Assembly: GCA_023451265.1 (NCBI GenBank)
Contig: JAEYAG010000059.1
Location: 1,189 to 65,188, forward strand
DNA length: 64,000 nt
Reading direction: 5' to 3'
DNA from: Actinomycetes bacterium
Lineage (GTDB): Bacteria > Actinomycetota > Actinomycetes > Actinomycetales > Microbacteriaceae
Part shown: positions 8,822 through 18,020 of the stretch, one piece after another
How positions within the stretch are numbered: the first letter of the stretch is position 1
Layout of the letters: every line of letters starts with the position of its first letter
Translations under genes and position numbers: made by a program
The notes under the pieces: generated by a model
What the model was told of the DNA's origin: nothing
The model's database searches: none
The model's input: the letters and a program-made list of their open reading frames with translations, nothing else

Positions 8822-10186
8822 CTATGCGCCGGACAGCACCAGCCACAGCAGCACGCCGTTGAGCGCGACGAGGAAGGCCGCGGCGACCACCCCGGCCGCC
8901 GTCGTCCACCATCGGTTGCGGTGCGCTCCGAGCACGCTCGCGCGCGCCGTCAAGGCGACCAGCGGGATGAGCGCGAACGGGATGCCGAAGCTCAGCACGA
9001 CCTGGCTGAGGATGAGCGCCCAGGTCGGGTCGACGCCGGCTGCGAGAAGCGCGATCGCCGGCACGAGGGTGACCAGGCGTCGCGCCAGCAGGGGGATGCG
9101 CACCCGCAGCAGGCCCTGCATGATCTCCGCACCCGCGTACGCGCCGACGGCGGTGCTCGCCAGTCCGCTCGCGAGGAGTCCGACCGCGAAGAGGGTCGCC
9201 ACGACGGCGCCGAGGCCCGACTGCAGCGCGTGGTAGGCGCCCTCGAGGCTGTCGGTGCCCGGCACGCCCGCGAGGTTCGCCGCGGCCAGCAGCAGGATGC
9301 AGAGGTTCACGGTGCCGGCGATGACGAGGGCGATCGTGACATCCCACCGCGTGGCGCGCAGCAGCCGCGACGTGCCTGCCGCGCGGTCGGCGGCGTGGGC
9401 GCCGGGGGCCGTGAACCGGTCGCGGGCGAGCGCGCTGTGGGCGTAGATCGCGTGCGGCATGATCGTCGCGCCGAGGATGGATGCCGCGAGCAGCACCGAT
9501 TCGGCACCGTCGAAGCGGGGGAGGAGTCCCGCCGCGATGCCCGCGGCATCCGGCGGCGCGATGAACACGCCGTACGAGAATCCGAGCGCAATGACGGCGA
9601 GCAGTCCGATGACGACGAACTCGAACGCGCGGGCGCCGCGCCGCTGCTGGACGAGCAGCAGCGCGATCGAGACGGCGCCGGTGATGAGGCCGCCGATCGG
9701 CAGCGGCACGCCGAACAGCAGCCACAGCGCGACGGCGCCGCCGATGACCTCGGCGATGTCGGTGGCCATCGCGACCAGCTCCGCCTGCAGCCAGTACGCG
9801 CGCCGGCCCCACGGGCTGCGGATGCGGGTGCCGAGGGTCTCGGCGAGGCTCTGCCCGGTGACGATGCCGAGCTTCGCGGAAAGGTACTGGATGAGCCAGG
9901 CCATCGTGTTGCCGAGCACGACGACCCAGACGAGCAGGTAGCCGAAGCGGGCGCCCGCGGTCATGTTGCTCGCGACGTTTCCGGGGTCGAGGTACGCGAC
10001 GCCCGCGACCAGGGCGGGGCCGAGCAGCCACGCCGCCCGCCGGGTGCGGGCGGGGGGAGACGGCCGGCTGCGTCCGCGCGAACCCTCACCCGCGGACCCA
10101 GCCCTCACTCCCAGAGCGTCCTGGGTGCGAGGGTTCGGTCCAGGCGCGAGGGTTCGGCGGGCGGGGAGGTCGCCAGATTTCGGCAT
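8822..10186 (-). CDS. mntH: Nramp family divalent metal (Mn2+/Fe2+):proton symporter
   Basis: ORF 8822..10186. AYLDPGNVASNMTAG (DPGN motif). About 11 hydrophobic helices. Confidence 0.9.
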   Translation of the reverse strand: MPKSGDLPARRTLAPGPNPRTQDALGVRAGSAGEGSRGRSRPSPPARTRRAAWLLGPALVAGVAYLDPGNVASNMTAGARFGYLLVWVVVLGNTMAWLIQYLSAKLGIVTGQSLAETLGTRIRSPWGRRAYWLQAELVAMATDIAEVIGGAVALWLLFGVPLPIGGLITGAVSIALLLVQQRRGARAFEFVVIGLLAVIALGFSYGVFIAPPDAAGIAAGLLPRFDGAESVLLAASILGATIMPHAIYAHSALARDRFTAPGAHAADRAAGTSRLLRATRWDVTIALVIAGTVNLCILLLAAANLAGVPGTDSLEGAYHALQSGLGAVVATLFAVGLLASGLASTAVGAYAGAEIMQGLLRVRIPLLARRLVTLVPAIALLAAGVDPTWALILSQVVLSFGIPFALIPLVALTARASVLGAHRNRWWTTAAGVVAAAFLVALNGVLLWLVLSGA

Positions 10187-10225
10187 ACCGAAAACTGTAG
10201 CAGGGGATTTTTCGGTCGGCCGAAA
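10178..10225. promoter_or_regulatory. Two 16-bp palindromes TTTCGG-N4-CCGAAA, candidate MntR operators over the mntH start and -35 region
   Basis: TTTCGGCATACCGAAA at 10178-10193 contains the mntH ATG. TTTCGGTCGGCCGAAA lies at 10210-10225. The centres are 32 bp apart. Confidence 0.55.
10194..10199 (-). promoter_or_regulatory. -10-like TACAGT, 7 nt before mntH ATG
   Basis: Minus strand reads TACAGT TTTCGGT ATG. Confidence 0.55.
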
Positions 10226-10278
10226 GGTGGGATGCGCCGAGCGTGCACCGTGTGCGCCGGCGGCGCCCGGCGCGCCGG

Positions 10279-10284
10279 TAGCGT
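10279..10284 (+). promoter_or_regulatory. -10-like TAGCGT, 6 nt before trmH-like GTG
   Basis: TAGCGT GGGAGC GTG. Confidence 0.45.
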
Positions 10285-10290
10285 GGGAGC

Positions 10291-10923
10291 GTGAGCGAGA
10301 CGGATGCCGCCGAGCCCGAGCTGCCGGTCGGAGTGGGGCCGTGGCCCGGCGGGCCGGAGGACTGGCCCGACGACCCGCGCTACGACCGGGAGCTGCTCGC
10401 CGCGGGAGACCGGCGCAACGTCGTCGACCGGTATCGGTACTGGACGATGGACGCGATCGTCGCCGATCTCGACGAGCACCGCCACGCGTTCCACGTCGCG
10501 ATCGAGAACTGGCAGCACGATATGAACATCGGCTCGATCGTCCGCAGCGCCAACGCCTTCGGCGCCGCGGAGGTGCACATCATCGGCCGCCGCCGCTGGA
10601 ACCGCCGCGGGGCGATGGTCACCGACCGCTACCAGCACGTGCGTCACCACGAGGACGTCGCGGCGTTCACCGCGTGGGCGCAGGATGCCGGCATCCCGAT
10701 CATCGCGGTCGACAACGTCGACGGGTCGGTCGCGGTCGACCGGGCGGAGCTACCGGAGCGGTGCGTGCTGCTGTTCGGGCAGGAAGGGCCGGGACTGTCT
10801 CCGGAGGCGCTGGCCGCGGCATCCGGTGTCGTCGAGATCACTCAGTACGGCTCGACACGCTCGATCAACGCGAGCGCCGCCGCCGCCGTCGTCATGTACG
10901 AGTGGTGCCGCCGCTGGGCGTGA
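10291..10923 (+). CDS. SpoU/TrmH family RNA 2'-O-methyltransferase
   Basis: ORF 10291..10923 (GTG). LLFGQEGPGLS and GSTRSINASAAAAVVMYEW SPOUT motifs. Confidence 0.8.
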   Translation: MSETDAAEPELPVGVGPWPGGPEDWPDDPRYDRELLAAGDRRNVVDRYRYWTMDAIVADLDEHRHAFHVAIENWQHDMNIGSIVRSANAFGAAEVHIIGRRRWNRRGAMVTDRYQHVRHHEDVAAFTAWAQDAGIPIIAVDNVDGSVAVDRAELPERCVLLFGQEGPGLSPEALAAASGVVEITQYGSTRSINASAAAAVVMYEWCRRWA

Positions 10924-11017
10924 GCGGATCCGTCGCGGCCGGTGCCAAAGGTCGGGCGCATGAGCGCGTGCGCGTCGCGGTCGCGGCTGCCGAGTCGCGC
11001 GTCCGGTCGCCCGGTTG

Positions 11018-12337
11018 TCAGGCGCCTGCGGTCAGCCAGTCCGGGCGGCGCACCCGCCAGCCGAGGGTCGCGAGGCGCGCGAGCATGTACACACCGAAGA
11101 AGCAGACCGCGAGCCACAGCAGACCCGTCGCGTCCGTCGGATGCAGCAGCCACACCACCACGAGCGCCGGCAGGTACGGCACCAGGTTCAGCCCGCCGGC
11201 GATCGCGAGGTACCGCACGTCGCCGGCGCCCATCAGCACACCGTCGAGCACGAACACGATGCCGCACACCGGCTGCGCCACGGCGAGCACCAGCAGGGCC
11301 GGCTGCACGAGAGCCGCGACCTCGGCATCCCCCGTGAAGACGAGTCCGATGACGCCCGACAGCGCCGCGATCGCGGCGCCCACAACGACGCCGAACCACG
11401 CGCCCCACGCGACGGTGCGCCCGAGCACCCGCCGCACGAACGGCTCGTCCTGCGCGCCGAGTCCGCGGCCGATGAGCGCCTGCGCGGCGATCGCGAGGGC
11501 GTCGAGGGCGAAAGCCGCCGTCGAGAAGATCGTGAACGCGACCTGCCAGCCGGCGAGCTCGTCGGTGCCGAGCCCCGTCGCGACGAACACCGTCGCGAGG
11601 AGCGCCGCCCGCAGCGACACCGTCCGCAGGAACAGCCAGCCGCCGGACCGCGCCGATCCCCGCAGTCCCTCCCGCTGCGGCCGGACGGATGCCGCGTGCC
11701 GCCGCGCCAGACGGCCCACCACGACCGCGTACGCACCGACCATCGCCCACTGCGCGACGACGGTGCCGGCCGCGGAACCGGCGATGCCCCAGCCGAAGCC
11801 GTAGATGAACACCCAGTTCAGCAGGGCGTTCAGGCCGAAGCCGAGCCCGGCGATCCACAGCGGCGTGACGGTGTCCTGCATTCCGCGCAGGAGGCCCGTC
11901 GCCGCGAAGACGATGAGCATCGCGGGCAGCCCCCACATCGACAGCTGCAGGTAGATCACGGCCTGCTCGGCGACGTCGGCCGAGGCGCCGAACAGCGACA
12001 CCAGCCACGGGGTCAGCAGCGACCCGGCGACCGCGAGCACGGCGCCGAGGCCGAGGGCGAGCCACAGTCCGTCGATGCCGGCACGCACGGCGCTGGAATG
12101 ATCGCCCGCGCCGAACCGTCGTGCGACGGCCGGGGTCGTGGAGTAGGCGAGGAACACCATCAACCCGACGATGGTCTGCAGCACCGCCGACGCGATGCCG
12201 AGACCCGCCAGCGGCACCACGCCGAGATGGCCCACGAGCGCGGAGTCGACGATGAGGAACATCGGCTCGGCGATCAGGGCGCCGAGCGCCGGCACCGCCA
12301 ACCGCAGGATCTCGCGGTTGAGGGTGGGCGCGGGCAT
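11018..12337 (-). CDS. MATE family efflux transporter (DinF-like)
   Basis: ORF 11018..12337. N-terminus ILRLAVPALGALIAEPMFLIVDSALVGHLG. Twelve-helix pattern. Confidence 0.85.
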   Translation of the reverse strand: MPAPTLNREILRLAVPALGALIAEPMFLIVDSALVGHLGVVPLAGLGIASAVLQTIVGLMVFLAYSTTPAVARRFGAGDHSSAVRAGIDGLWLALGLGAVLAVAGSLLTPWLVSLFGASADVAEQAVIYLQLSMWGLPAMLIVFAATGLLRGMQDTVTPLWIAGLGFGLNALLNWVFIYGFGWGIAGSAAGTVVAQWAMVGAYAVVVGRLARRHAASVRPQREGLRGSARSGGWLFLRTVSLRAALLATVFVATGLGTDELAGWQVAFTIFSTAAFALDALAIAAQALIGRGLGAQDEPFVRRVLGRTVAWGAWFGVVVGAAIAALSGVIGLVFTGDAEVAALVQPALLVLAVAQPVCGIVFVLDGVLMGAGDVRYLAIAGGLNLVPYLPALVVVWLLHPTDATGLLWLAVCFFGVYMLARLATLGWRVRRPDWLTAGA

Positions 12338-12343
12338 GACCCG

Positions 12344-12349
12344 AGCCTA
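12344..12349 (-). promoter_or_regulatory. -10-like TAGGCT, 6 nt before MATE ATG
   Basis: Minus strand reads TAGGCT CGGGTC ATG. Confidence 0.5.
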
Positions 12350-12385
12350 TGGGCTGGGGCGGACGCGGGAGCCCGCACCCCGCTT

Positions 12386-12391
12386 TAGCCT
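12386..12391 (+). promoter_or_regulatory. -10-like TAGCCT, 6 nt before DUF308-lipase ATG
   Basis: TAGCCT TGAGGG ATG. Confidence 0.5.
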
Positions 12392-12397
12392 TGAGGG

Positions 12398-14200
12398 ATG
12401 GCGCGCACCAGCATCCTGCACCGCCTCCCGCTCGGGAGGGTGCACTCCGGCATGCCGGAGTGGATGCGGGTGGCGCTCGCGATCGTGACGCTCGTCGTGG
12501 GCGCCGTCATCGTCATCCGGCCGACCACGGCGCTCGACGTGCTCGCCGTGCTGCTGGGCGGCGGCATGGTGCTCACCGGCGTGGTCGAGGCGACGAGCCG
12601 TCCCGAGGAGGGAACCCGTCGCTGGTGGCGCCACCTGATGGCCGCCGGTTGGGTGGGCGTCGGCGTCTTCGTGCTGCTGTGGCCGGCGCTGACGGTGCGC
12701 GCCGTTGCCGTGATCACCGGCATCCTGCTGCTCGTCAACGGCGCCGCCGGGATCGTCGGCGCGTTCCGGCGCGGTCGCGGCTGGGACGCGCGCATCGCGG
12801 ACGTCGCGTTCGGGGCGACCGGGATCATCTTCGGCGTGCTCGCGCTCGGGTGGCCCGACATCACGCTGCTGGTCGTCGCCGTGGTGTTCGGATCCTGGCT
12901 GATCATGCGCGGCGTCACCGACCTGTGGACGGCGATCCGCCGGCGCCGCGACGCCGGGCGGGCCGAGACGGATGCTGCGCCGCGCCGCCGCTGGGGACGC
13001 ACCGTCATGGCGGTCGGGTCGGTGGCGCTCGCCGTCGCGACCGTGCTGGTCACCGCCCCGCTGCGGGAGGGGTCGACGGTCGTCGACGAGTTCTACGCCG
13101 CGCCTCGCGACATCCCCGACGAACCGGGGCAGTTGATCCGCGCCGAGGAGTTCACGCGCGAGGTCCCCGCCGACGCGCAGGGCTGGCGCATCCTGTACAC
13201 GACGACCGGCGTCGACGGGAAGGTGCGGGTCGCCAGCGGCCTCGTCGTCACGCCGCAGGGTGGCGATGACGACACCCGGTGGCCGGTCATCGACTGGAAC
13301 CACGGCACGACGGGGTACGCGCAGCACTGCGCGCCCTCGCTGCAGGAGCGCCCGTTCTGGGCCGGCGCGCTGTACTTTCCGCGCAAAGTGATCGCCGGGG
13401 GGTGGGCGATCGTCGCGCCCGACTACATCGGGCTCGGCACGCAGGGACCGCACCCGTACCTGTTCGGGGAACCCAGTGCGTACGCGTCGCTCGACGCGGT
13501 CCGCGCGGCGCGGCAGCTCGACGAGGCGCGGCTCGACCGCCGCACCGTCATCTGGGGCCACTCGCAGGGCGGTCACGCGGCCCTGTGGGCGGGAGCGCTC
13601 GCCCAGACCTACGCGCCGGAGGTGTGGGTGCGCGGGGTCGCGGCGCTCGCGCCCGCGAGCGACCTGCCGACGATCGTGCGGCACGTCGACGACGTCACCG
13701 GCGGCAGCATCTTCGCGTCGTACGCGTTCGCCGCGTACGCGGCCATCGAGCCCGACGTGACGTACGACCGCTACGTGCGCCCCGGCGCGCAGACGTTCGT
13801 CCGGTCGATGGCCCAGCGCTGCCTCACCGACCCCGACATGGCGCTGTCGATCCTCGCCGTGCTCGGCACGACGCAGGATCCCGACGTGTTCGCCGAGGAC
13901 CCGACCACCGGCCCGCTCGGTGCGGCGCTGCGCGCGAATGCCGCCCCGACTCTCATCGGCCCGCCCGTGCTGGTCGGGCAGGGAGCGGCCGACTCGATCG
14001 TGCTGCCGAGCGTGCAGGACGACTTCGTCGCGCGGATGTGCGAAGCGGGCCAGCGCGTGGACTACCGCCGCTATGCCGGTTTCCAGCACGCCCAGGTCAT
14101 GGAGGGCTACTCGCCGCTGGCGGCCGACCTGCTCGAATGGACACGCGGCCGCTTCGCCGCGACGGACGCGGGCCTCGGCTGCACGGTGACCGAGAAGTGA
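12398..14200 (+). CDS. Membrane-anchored secretory-lipase (LIP) family alpha/beta hydrolase with N-terminal HdeD/DUF308-like multi-helix domain
   Basis: ORF 12398..14200. The first ~190 aa are repeated hydrophobic helices, followed by DEFYAAPRDIPDEPGQLIRAEEF...WRILYTTTG and a GHSQGG nucleophile elbow. Confidence 0.75.
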   Translation: MARTSILHRLPLGRVHSGMPEWMRVALAIVTLVVGAVIVIRPTTALDVLAVLLGGGMVLTGVVEATSRPEEGTRRWWRHLMAAGWVGVGVFVLLWPALTVRAVAVITGILLLVNGAAGIVGAFRRGRGWDARIADVAFGATGIIFGVLALGWPDITLLVVAVVFGSWLIMRGVTDLWTAIRRRRDAGRAETDAAPRRRWGRTVMAVGSVALAVATVLVTAPLREGSTVVDEFYAAPRDIPDEPGQLIRAEEFTREVPADAQGWRILYTTTGVDGKVRVASGLVVTPQGGDDDTRWPVIDWNHGTTGYAQHCAPSLQERPFWAGALYFPRKVIAGGWAIVAPDYIGLGTQGPHPYLFGEPSAYASLDAVRAARQLDEARLDRRTVIWGHSQGGHAALWAGALAQTYAPEVWVRGVAALAPASDLPTIVRHVDDVTGGSIFASYAFAAYAAIEPDVTYDRYVRPGAQTFVRSMAQRCLTDPDMALSILAVLGTTQDPDVFAEDPTTGPLGAALRANAAPTLIGPPVLVGQGAADSIVLPSVQDDFVARMCEAGQRVDYRRYAGFQHAQVMEGYSPLAADLLEWTRGRFAATDAGLGCTVTEK

Positions 14201-14250
14201 CCTCGACGTGACCGGCGGGCTCGGCCGGATCGGCCGCGGGCGGCGGCGCG

Positions 14251-14256
14251 TATCCT
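14251..14256 (+). promoter_or_regulatory. -10-like TATCCT, 7 nt before pepO ATG
   Basis: TATCCT GTTACGC ATG. Confidence 0.5.
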
Positions 14257-14263
14257 GTTACGC

Positions 14264-16243
14264 ATGACCGCGACCCCCCTGCGCTCGGGTATCGAGCTGT
14301 CCGAGCTGAGCCCCGGCATCCGCCCCCAGGACGACCTCTTCCGCCACGTCAACGGGGCGTGGTTGGAGCGCACCGAGATCCCCGAGGACAAGGCCCGGTG
14401 GGGGTCGTTCCACCTCATCGCGGAGCAGGCCGAGAAGGACGTGCGCGCGATCATCGAAGAGGTGGTGGATGCCGAGCCGGGCACCGAGGCCCGCAAGATC
14501 GGCGACCTGTTCACGAGCTTCATGGATACCGAGCGCATCGAGGCGCTCGGCGCCGCCCCGCTGCAGGACCAGCTGGCGCGGGTCGACGCGATCGACTCGA
14601 TCCCGGCGCTCCTGCGGGTGGTCGGCGAACTGGAGCGCGAGGGTGTCGGCGGCATCGTCGGCACCTACATCGAGCCCGACCCCGGCAACCCCGAGCGCTA
14701 CGTCGTGTTCTTCGTGCAGTCCGGGCTGTCGCTGCCGGACGAGAGCTACTACCGCCTGGAGAACTTCGACAAGACGCGGGTCGCGTTCCGCGGGTACGTG
14801 CACACCGTGCTGGGTCTGGCCGGTATCGCGGATGCCGATGCGCAGGCTGACCGCGTGCTCGCGCTGGAGACCGAGCTCGCCACCCACCACTGGGACAACG
14901 TGCGCACGCGCGACGCCGTCGCGACCTACAACCTCATGACGTGGGACGACGTGCAGCGGCTCATCGGCGTCGACCTCGACCCGTGGCTCGAGGCCGTGGC
15001 TCCCGCGCACCGCGACGGGTTCGCCGAGATCAACGTCAACGAGCCGAGCTACCTCGAGGGCCTCGGGACGCTGCTCGTGGACGACCGCCTCGAGGACTGG
15101 AAGGCGTGGCTGCGGCTGCACGTCGTCCGGGCGAACGCGGCGTTCCTGTCGAGCGCCTTCGTCGACGCGAACTTCGCGTTCTACGGCACCGAGCTGACGG
15201 GTGTCCCCGTCAACCGCGAGCGCTGGAAACGGGGCGTGAGCTTCGTCGAGGCGGCGATGGGCGAGGCCGTCGGCAAGGTGTACGTGGAGCGGCACTTCCC
15301 GCCGGCGGCGAAGACGGCGATGGACGAACTCGTCGGGAACCTGATCGAGGCCTACCGGCAGTCGATCTCGCAGCTGGAGTGGATGACGCCGGCCACGCGC
15401 GAGCGCGCGCTGGAGAAGCTCGCCGCCTTCACCCCGAAGGTCGGCTACCCGGTGAAATGGAAGGACTACAGCGCGCTCGAGGTCGACCCTGCCGACCTCA
15501 TCGGCAACGTCCGTCGCACCAACACCTGGGAGCACGAGCGGCAGCTGGCCAAGCTCGGCCAGCCGATCGACCGCGACGAGTGGTACATGACCCCGCAGAC
15601 GGTCAACGCGTACTACAACCCGCTCATGAACGAGATCGTCTTCCCGGCCGCGATCCTCCAGCATCCGTTCTTCGAAGTGGATCGGGATGCCGCGGCCAAC
15701 TACGGCGGCATCGGCGCGGTCATCGGGCACGAGATCGGCCACGGCTTCGACGACCAGGGGTCGGCGTTCGACGGCACCGGGGCGCTCCACGACTGGTGGA
15801 CCGATGAGGACCGCGCCGCCTTCCAGGAGCGCACCGGCGCCCTGATCGCCCAGTACGACGCCCTCGTGCCGCAGGGTCTCGCGCCGGAGCACCACGTCAA
15901 CGGCGCGCTCACGATCGGCGAGAACATCGGCGACCTCGGCGGGCTCGGGATCGCCATCAAGGCATACCGCCTGCACCTGGCCGCCACCGGCGCCGAGGGT
16001 GACGGTCCCGTGATCGACGGGTTCACCGGCATCCAGCGCCTGCTGCTGAGCTGGGGGCAGATCTGGCAGCAGAAGGGGCGGGATGCCGAGACGATCCGGC
16101 TGCTGACGATCGACCCGCACTCGCCCAACGAGTTCCGCTGCAACCAGATCGTGCGCAACGTCGACGAGTTCTACCGCGCGTTCGACGTCACCGAAGGGGA
16201 CGTGCTCTGGCTCGACCCCGAACAGCGCGTCACGATCTGGTGA
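14264..16243 (+). CDS. pepO: M13 family zinc metallopeptidase (PepO/neprilysin-like)
   Basis: ORF 14264..16243. HEIGHGFD (HExxH), GENIGDLGG (ExxxD region) and a C-terminal CNQIVRNVDEFYRAF...W tail. Confidence 0.9.
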   Translation: MTATPLRSGIELSELSPGIRPQDDLFRHVNGAWLERTEIPEDKARWGSFHLIAEQAEKDVRAIIEEVVDAEPGTEARKIGDLFTSFMDTERIEALGAAPLQDQLARVDAIDSIPALLRVVGELEREGVGGIVGTYIEPDPGNPERYVVFFVQSGLSLPDESYYRLENFDKTRVAFRGYVHTVLGLAGIADADAQADRVLALETELATHHWDNVRTRDAVATYNLMTWDDVQRLIGVDLDPWLEAVAPAHRDGFAEINVNEPSYLEGLGTLLVDDRLEDWKAWLRLHVVRANAAFLSSAFVDANFAFYGTELTGVPVNRERWKRGVSFVEAAMGEAVGKVYVERHFPPAAKTAMDELVGNLIEAYRQSISQLEWMTPATRERALEKLAAFTPKVGYPVKWKDYSALEVDPADLIGNVRRTNTWEHERQLAKLGQPIDRDEWYMTPQTVNAYYNPLMNEIVFPAAILQHPFFEVDRDAAANYGGIGAVIGHEIGHGFDDQGSAFDGTGALHDWWTDEDRAAFQERTGALIAQYDALVPQGLAPEHHVNGALTIGENIGDLGGLGIAIKAYRLHLAATGAEGDGPVIDGFTGIQRLLLSWGQIWQQKGRDAETIRLLTIDPHSPNEFRCNQIVRNVDEFYRAFDVTEGDVLWLDPEQRVTIW

Positions 16244-17241
16244 CCGGCACCGAGTCGAACGAGCCGGGACCCCGGCGCCGGTCGTCGGCGCGCGAGGCCG
16301 GACCGATCGACGCGGCCGCCACGGAAGAGCCGATGCGCACCGCGCGCGAGACCCAGAGCCTGCGCGGCAACACCCGAGCGGCGCTGCGGCGGCCGCGGCG
16401 ACCGGCCAGTTCCGGCCGCTCGTTCGACGCGACGCTGCGGGCCCTGCACGAGCTGGCGGTCTCCGGGGCGAAGGTCTCGGTGCGGGTGACCGACCTCGAC
16501 CGGGACACCGTCGTGTTCGCCGGCGACGACCACCAGCTGCTGCCGGTGGCCGGCCTCGGGGTGGTGCCGCTGCTGATCGAGGTGGCCGCTGCGTTCGAGG
16601 ACGGCGCCCTCGACCCGCTCGAGATCGCCGACCGCGCCGGGGTCGAGCCGGTCGGCATCGCCGGCATCTGGCAGCACCTGAAGGCACCGGCGCTGCCGCT
16701 GTGCGACCTCGCCGTGCTCGTGGCGGCCACCGGTGACGCGCTCGCCGCGAACATGCTGCTCGAACGCGTGGGCCTGGACGCGGTGCGCCGACGCATCGGA
16801 CAGCTGGGCCTGGAGCACCTTGCGCTGCTCGACGGCTTCCGCGACCACCGTGGGCCCGACGACGCCCCCCAGGTGGCGCTGGGCACGGCCGGTGAACTGG
16901 CGGCCGTGTTCGCCGCGCTCGTCAACTCGCGCCTCGTCTCGCCCGCTGTCAGCGCCCAGGTCTCCGAGTGGCTGAGCCTCAACCACGACCTGTCGCTGGT
17001 GGCATCCGTCACCGGACTCGATCCGTTCGCGCACGACGACGACCGGCACGATCTGCTGTTCATCAACAAGACCGGCCGGGCCGACGGCATCCGTGCCGAG
17101 GCGGGCGTGCTCGCCGGTCCCCGCGCCGGGGTCGCCTACGCCCTCGTCGTGGCCTTCGACGACCTGTCGATCGCGCACCGGCTGCGCGTGCACGACGCGT
17201 TCCGCACGTTCGGGGTCGACCTCATGGACCACGTGTTCTGA
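16240..17241 (+). CDS. Class-A beta-lactamase-fold protein lacking the catalytic residues (annotated-type: serine hydrolase)
   Basis: ORF 16240..17241. The GTG overlaps the pepO stop (GTGA). The KTG box is kept (INKTGRADG). The SxxK position reads GLGV and the SDN position reads GDA by eye alignment to TEM/BlaC. Confidence 0.7.
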   Translation: MTGTESNEPGPRRRSSAREAGPIDAAATEEPMRTARETQSLRGNTRAALRRPRRPASSGRSFDATLRALHELAVSGAKVSVRVTDLDRDTVVFAGDDHQLLPVAGLGVVPLLIEVAAAFEDGALDPLEIADRAGVEPVGIAGIWQHLKAPALPLCDLAVLVAATGDALAANMLLERVGLDAVRRRIGQLGLEHLALLDGFRDHRGPDDAPQVALGTAGELAAVFAALVNSRLVSPAVSAQVSEWLSLNHDLSLVASVTGLDPFAHDDDRHDLLFINKTGRADGIRAEAGVLAGPRAGVAYALVVAFDDLSIAHRLRVHDAFRTFGVDLMDHVF

Positions 17242-17295
17242 CGCGGCGACCGCGTGGCCGGACGCGGCCCGCCGGCGGTTTCGGGTCTCGGCCGG

Positions 17296-17805
17296 TCAGG
17301 ACTCCGGGTCGAGCGCCAGCCGGCGCAGCAGAGCCAGCACCGTGTCCCGCTCGGCGGGCGACAGCGGCGCGACCAGCTCGGCATGCGCCTGCTCGAGCGC
17401 GTCACCGGCGTCGGCCGCGACGCGCCGCCCGGACGCGGTGGCGCAGATGAGGGTGACGCGGCGGTCGGCCGCGTCGCGCCGGCGCACCACGAGGTCGCGG
17501 GCGGCCAGCCGGTCGACCAGCCGCAGCACGTTGCTCGGATCGAGGCACATGATGCGCCCCAGCTCCCGCTGCGACATGCCCGCACCGACCGTCGACAGCT
17601 CGAGCACGGTGTACTCGCGGATCGACAGGTCGAGCGGCTCGAGCGCGCGATGGCCGGCCTTGGCGGCGGCGTAGCTGAGCCGCGCGGCGAGGAACCCGAT
17701 GTTGTCGGTGAGGCGTCCGACGTCGTCTGCCCGGCTTCGGGCGGAGCCGGCGGAACGGGCGGCGCCCACGCGGCGGACAGAGGTCGACGGCGACACGGTG
17801 GACAT
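17296..17805 (-). CDS. MarR family transcriptional regulator
   Basis: ORF 17296..17805. Winged-helix block SQRELGRIMCLDPSNVLRLVDRLAARDLVVRRRDAADRR. Confidence 0.85.
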   Translation of the reverse strand: MSTVSPSTSVRRVGAARSAGSARSRADDVGRLTDNIGFLAARLSYAAAKAGHRALEPLDLSIREYTVLELSTVGAGMSQRELGRIMCLDPSNVLRLVDRLAARDLVVRRRDAADRRVTLICATASGRRVAADAGDALEQAHAELVAPLSPAERDTVLALLRRLALDPES

Positions 17806-17811
17806 CCCGGG

Positions 17812-17817
17812 AGTCTA
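17812..17817 (-). promoter_or_regulatory. -10-like TAGACT, 6 nt before MarR ATG 17805
   Basis: Minus strand reads TAGACT CCCGGG ATG. Confidence 0.5.
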
Positions 17818-17846
17818 GCCACCGCGTGCGCGCCGCGACCACGCTG

Positions 17847-17902
17847 ATTGCGCATTGCAACCATTGCCAAGACCAACGATTGCCCGCTACGTTGGCGCCA
17901 AC
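17847..17902. promoter_or_regulatory. Candidate MarR operator region: four ATTGC repeats plus 12-bp perfect palindrome GTTGGCGCCAAC
   Basis: ATTGC at 17847, 17854, 17863 and 17879. GTTGGCGCCAAC at 17891-17902. It lies between the divergent MarR and tannase genes. Confidence 0.4.
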
Positions 17903-18020
17903 GCGCGGCGATGACGCCGCCGGGCCGTCGTGCGATGGGGCACAGGCGGCGTGACGCAGAGAGGAAAACGATGTTCTCCACGATCATGTATCCGACCTCC
18001 CGAGGTGCGGGAGGGGCGAG

